From the human T2T-CHM13v2.0 reference genome, Homo sapiens, in assembly GCF_009914755.1 (NCBI RefSeq), contig NC_060934.1: a DNA stretch of 64,000 bases. One strand, written 5' to 3'. Under the pieces are notes generated by a model that was not told the origin of the DNA, made no database searches, and saw only the letters and a list, made by a program, of their open reading frames with translations. Of the stretch, positions 60,328 to 64,000 are shown one piece after another. Made by a program: the position numbers and the translations under genes. Each line of letters opens with the position of its first letter. Position 1 is the stretch's first letter.

Positions 60328-61304
60328 AGGAAGTATCTTCAATCTAAAGATTTCGCCAAACTCCAAGCAACTTTTTTTTTTTTTTTAAACATAGCTACCT
60401 ATTGACTGCCTCCAAATAATTTCCTTTAAGTGCCCAAGATGTGGCTTCAAACATTAAAATCTCAGACTATTAATCTACTGTCTCAGCATAGCAGATTACA
60501 TTCACTCACATATTGTAGTCCTTACAGTGTGACTGTAAAATCATACCTCTACTATCAGTCACCAGACTGGTTTCAGACATCTTAATGACTAGGGAATCAT
60601 GTTGATACAGACATTGACACAGAAGTCTGTGTCTTGGAATGTTGGTAACTATGTGGATATAATCACTTTACCCATTCTACCCATATCGATCGCCTCAGCT
60701 AAAACTTCAGTTTCAGTTATGTCTTTCTCTTTAACTCTGATTTCATGCAACCCTCTTCTCTTTCCAGCCTTATTTTGACAGAAGGCTACTACTTGACCTT
60801 CCTTTAGATCACCAATCCTTTGGGACAGATATCTTCCCAGTTGACACTGTCTCTCATAACAGCTAGTTATTTTACTCCAGCTATTTCTGTGCACATCTAA
60901 CTCTCCTTTCTGGGGGAGTTAACCTGTGAGTCACCATTTTGATTACTTCAGATATGCTTATTACTGCTGAAGAATAGTAATCCTTATTCTAAAATGCTTG
61001 GGTACATCAAATAACTTTATAGAGGTAGCTTTACAGGTTTTTCTTTATTTTGATTCTTTTTCTCTTACTCTCCAATTTAAGAAGCCTTTTTCTAAAAGCA
61101 CTTCCTGCAGGTGGGTGCTAAGTGGTTGGGATAGCAGAACCATAGATTAGGGCAACTGTAGATAACCTACTTGGGGAGGACAGTGTGATCAGCAATGCCC
61201 AGGAAGTGATCAGGAAGGAAGGCTGAAGTCAGGGCTAATGACAGCAAGAGCTGACCTTCCCCTCTGACATTTTCCTACTTGGCTTCTGCAATGCCATTCT
61301 TTCT

Positions 61305-62792
61305 CTTTTTTTTTTTTTTTTTATATTTTATCTAATATTTTATTTACTGATCTCTCTGAAACATGCCAAAATTCATATAGCTAAGGGAACTTACCATGCT
61401 AAAATGTTGTTCAACATGACAAATTTATACAAAACATATTTCAATGTAGTGCCTTCATTTCATTCTTGAGGAATCAACATTACATTTAGGTGGTGAAATT
61501 TAGGATACAAATATAATTATCAAATATCGTACTTCTAGTTTACTGGAAAACATAACAGTTGTGACAGTAACACCTAACACCTTGGTTAATTAAAGACAGA
61601 AAATGGGCAGGGGTGTCACAGAAGTATGTAAGGATTTGACAGTTCAAACTAATCCATAGCCCTTCTGAGAAACTACAGATGGAAAATATGTAGTAAATAT
61701 TTCTGTAATATGGTGGTTTCAGTACATTATAGCACAGTGATCATCATTCCATTCATACACTCAAATAAATGCTGCTTCTGATCACTGAAAACTAGATTCA
61801 AAGTCATTGCTCAACAAGCTGATACTACAAATCCCTTATATTAACAGGTAGTTTAAATGTGGAAATAAGGCAAAGCATACTTGTTAGTCACAATTACTTT
61901 TAGATATAATTGAGACTACACTGCTATACATAATTAGGTACACAGTATGTATAACAATGCATACTATGGTGTGGGGTTAATTCCAATTACCATATTTTAT
62001 ATTTATTGGTCACAACAGCATACATTTTATGCTCCAAAATACATGGATCTGACAAAATGGTTACATTTAATGTTCTTTTAAGGAAAGATGAACTAAATTT
62101 AAGAAGAATTGGTTTTTCCTAATATCTCATTTTCAAATTACTGATACAAATTTGCCAGAGAAACAATTACATGTTTTACCTAACATCAAATAATCTCCAG
62201 TTTCTAAGACAGATGCATTTCTTGTTCAGTTTCCAAAAGTAAATAAAGGCTTTCTAACTGAAAACATTTGCATCCCTAGCTCTCTAAAGTAAACATTAAA
62301 AAGAAAATTACAAAAAATGACCTCTAAGCTTCTGAACAGTCCACTTAGTTACATAAAGTACTTTCTGTCCCAACACTTTCTCTAATTCAAAAGATATTTA
62401 CTTCCTAAGTACACGACAAAGTCTTCATTTCAAACCATTCACTCAGTTTCCATGGTAACATTGCGGGCTTCCTTGGCTACCATAAGTCGCATTAGTTGAC
62501 TGTGGAATTTCTCAATCTTCTTTACATCTTGAGCTTGGTCTGTTTTATACACCAAACAAACTAAATCATCTGTTACTTTAACACACAAGTTCCCATCAGA
62601 ATGCCTATATTTGAGAACCACACGTGCCTTCATAGGGTCAGCGAGGTAAAGCTTCTCGGCAGCGCGGCTGAACTCCTCCCAGGTCTGGTACTGCGGCATC
62701 GTGGCCTAGAGTGGAAAAGTAAAGAGAAGCAAGGCCTCAGAACCCGGCCCAACAAACTACCTACGTCCGGGAGTCGCCAACCGACGCGAGTC
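61305..62792 (-). pseudogene. SRP9P1: SRP9 full-length processed retrocopy (5'UTR, CDS, ~1.1-kb 3'UTR, poly(A))
   Basis: Intronless; AATAAA (plus-strand TTTATT 61339-61344); T17 tract 61306-61322; 19-bp TSD CTGCAATGCCATTCTTTCT at 61286-61304 and 62793-62811. Confidence 0.95.
62439..62699 (-). CDS. SRP9P1: Intact 86-aa SRP9 ORF within the retrocopy (expression unknown)
   Basis: [24 protein letters not shown]...[11 protein letters not shown]; no stops or indels; GCCACGATG context. Confidence 0.6.
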   Translation of the reverse strand: MPQYQTWEEFSRAAEKLYLADPMKARVVLKYRHSDGNLCVKVTDDLVCLVYKTDQAQDVKKIEKFHSQLMRLMVAKEARNVTMETE

Positions 62793-62849
62793 CTGCAATG
62801 CCATTCTTTCTTAGCTTTACTTCTCAGACTCCTTTTCATATACTGTGAT

Positions 62850-64000
<1,151 letters not shown>

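Overview
Human/great-ape genomic DNA. I recognise it as the region upstream of, and including, exon 1 and the start of intron 1 of tankyrase-2 (TNKS2; 10q23 in human), from the translated exon [10 protein letters not shown]...STPLHFAAG. The first ~53 kb is a nested retroelement array: a full-length L1PA2/3 with 14-bp TSD, a 5'-truncated L1PB, a full-length L1MA inside Tigger2, about 25 Alus, MaLR/ERVL LTRs and MER1B. It also holds a decayed FAF2 (UBXD8) processed pseudogene. A CpG-island promoter sits at ~53.5-54.25 kb. Intron 1 carries an antisense, full-length SRP9 retrocopy with an intact 86-aa ORF and a 19-bp TSD. The best leads are: (1) the TNKS2 5' leader, with a strong-Kozak 7-codon uORF, a stop-free in-frame upstream extension ending in a hydrophobic segment, and a 10-bp tandem duplication that decides whether upstream ATGs read into TNKS2 or into the uORF; (2) the intact SRP9 retrogene; (3) a templated-insertion scar at 3.37-3.57 kb built from inverted copies of nearby sequence. 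Repeat subfamily calls are by eye and from memory of consensus sequences. I see no evidence of a wholly new multi-gene system.
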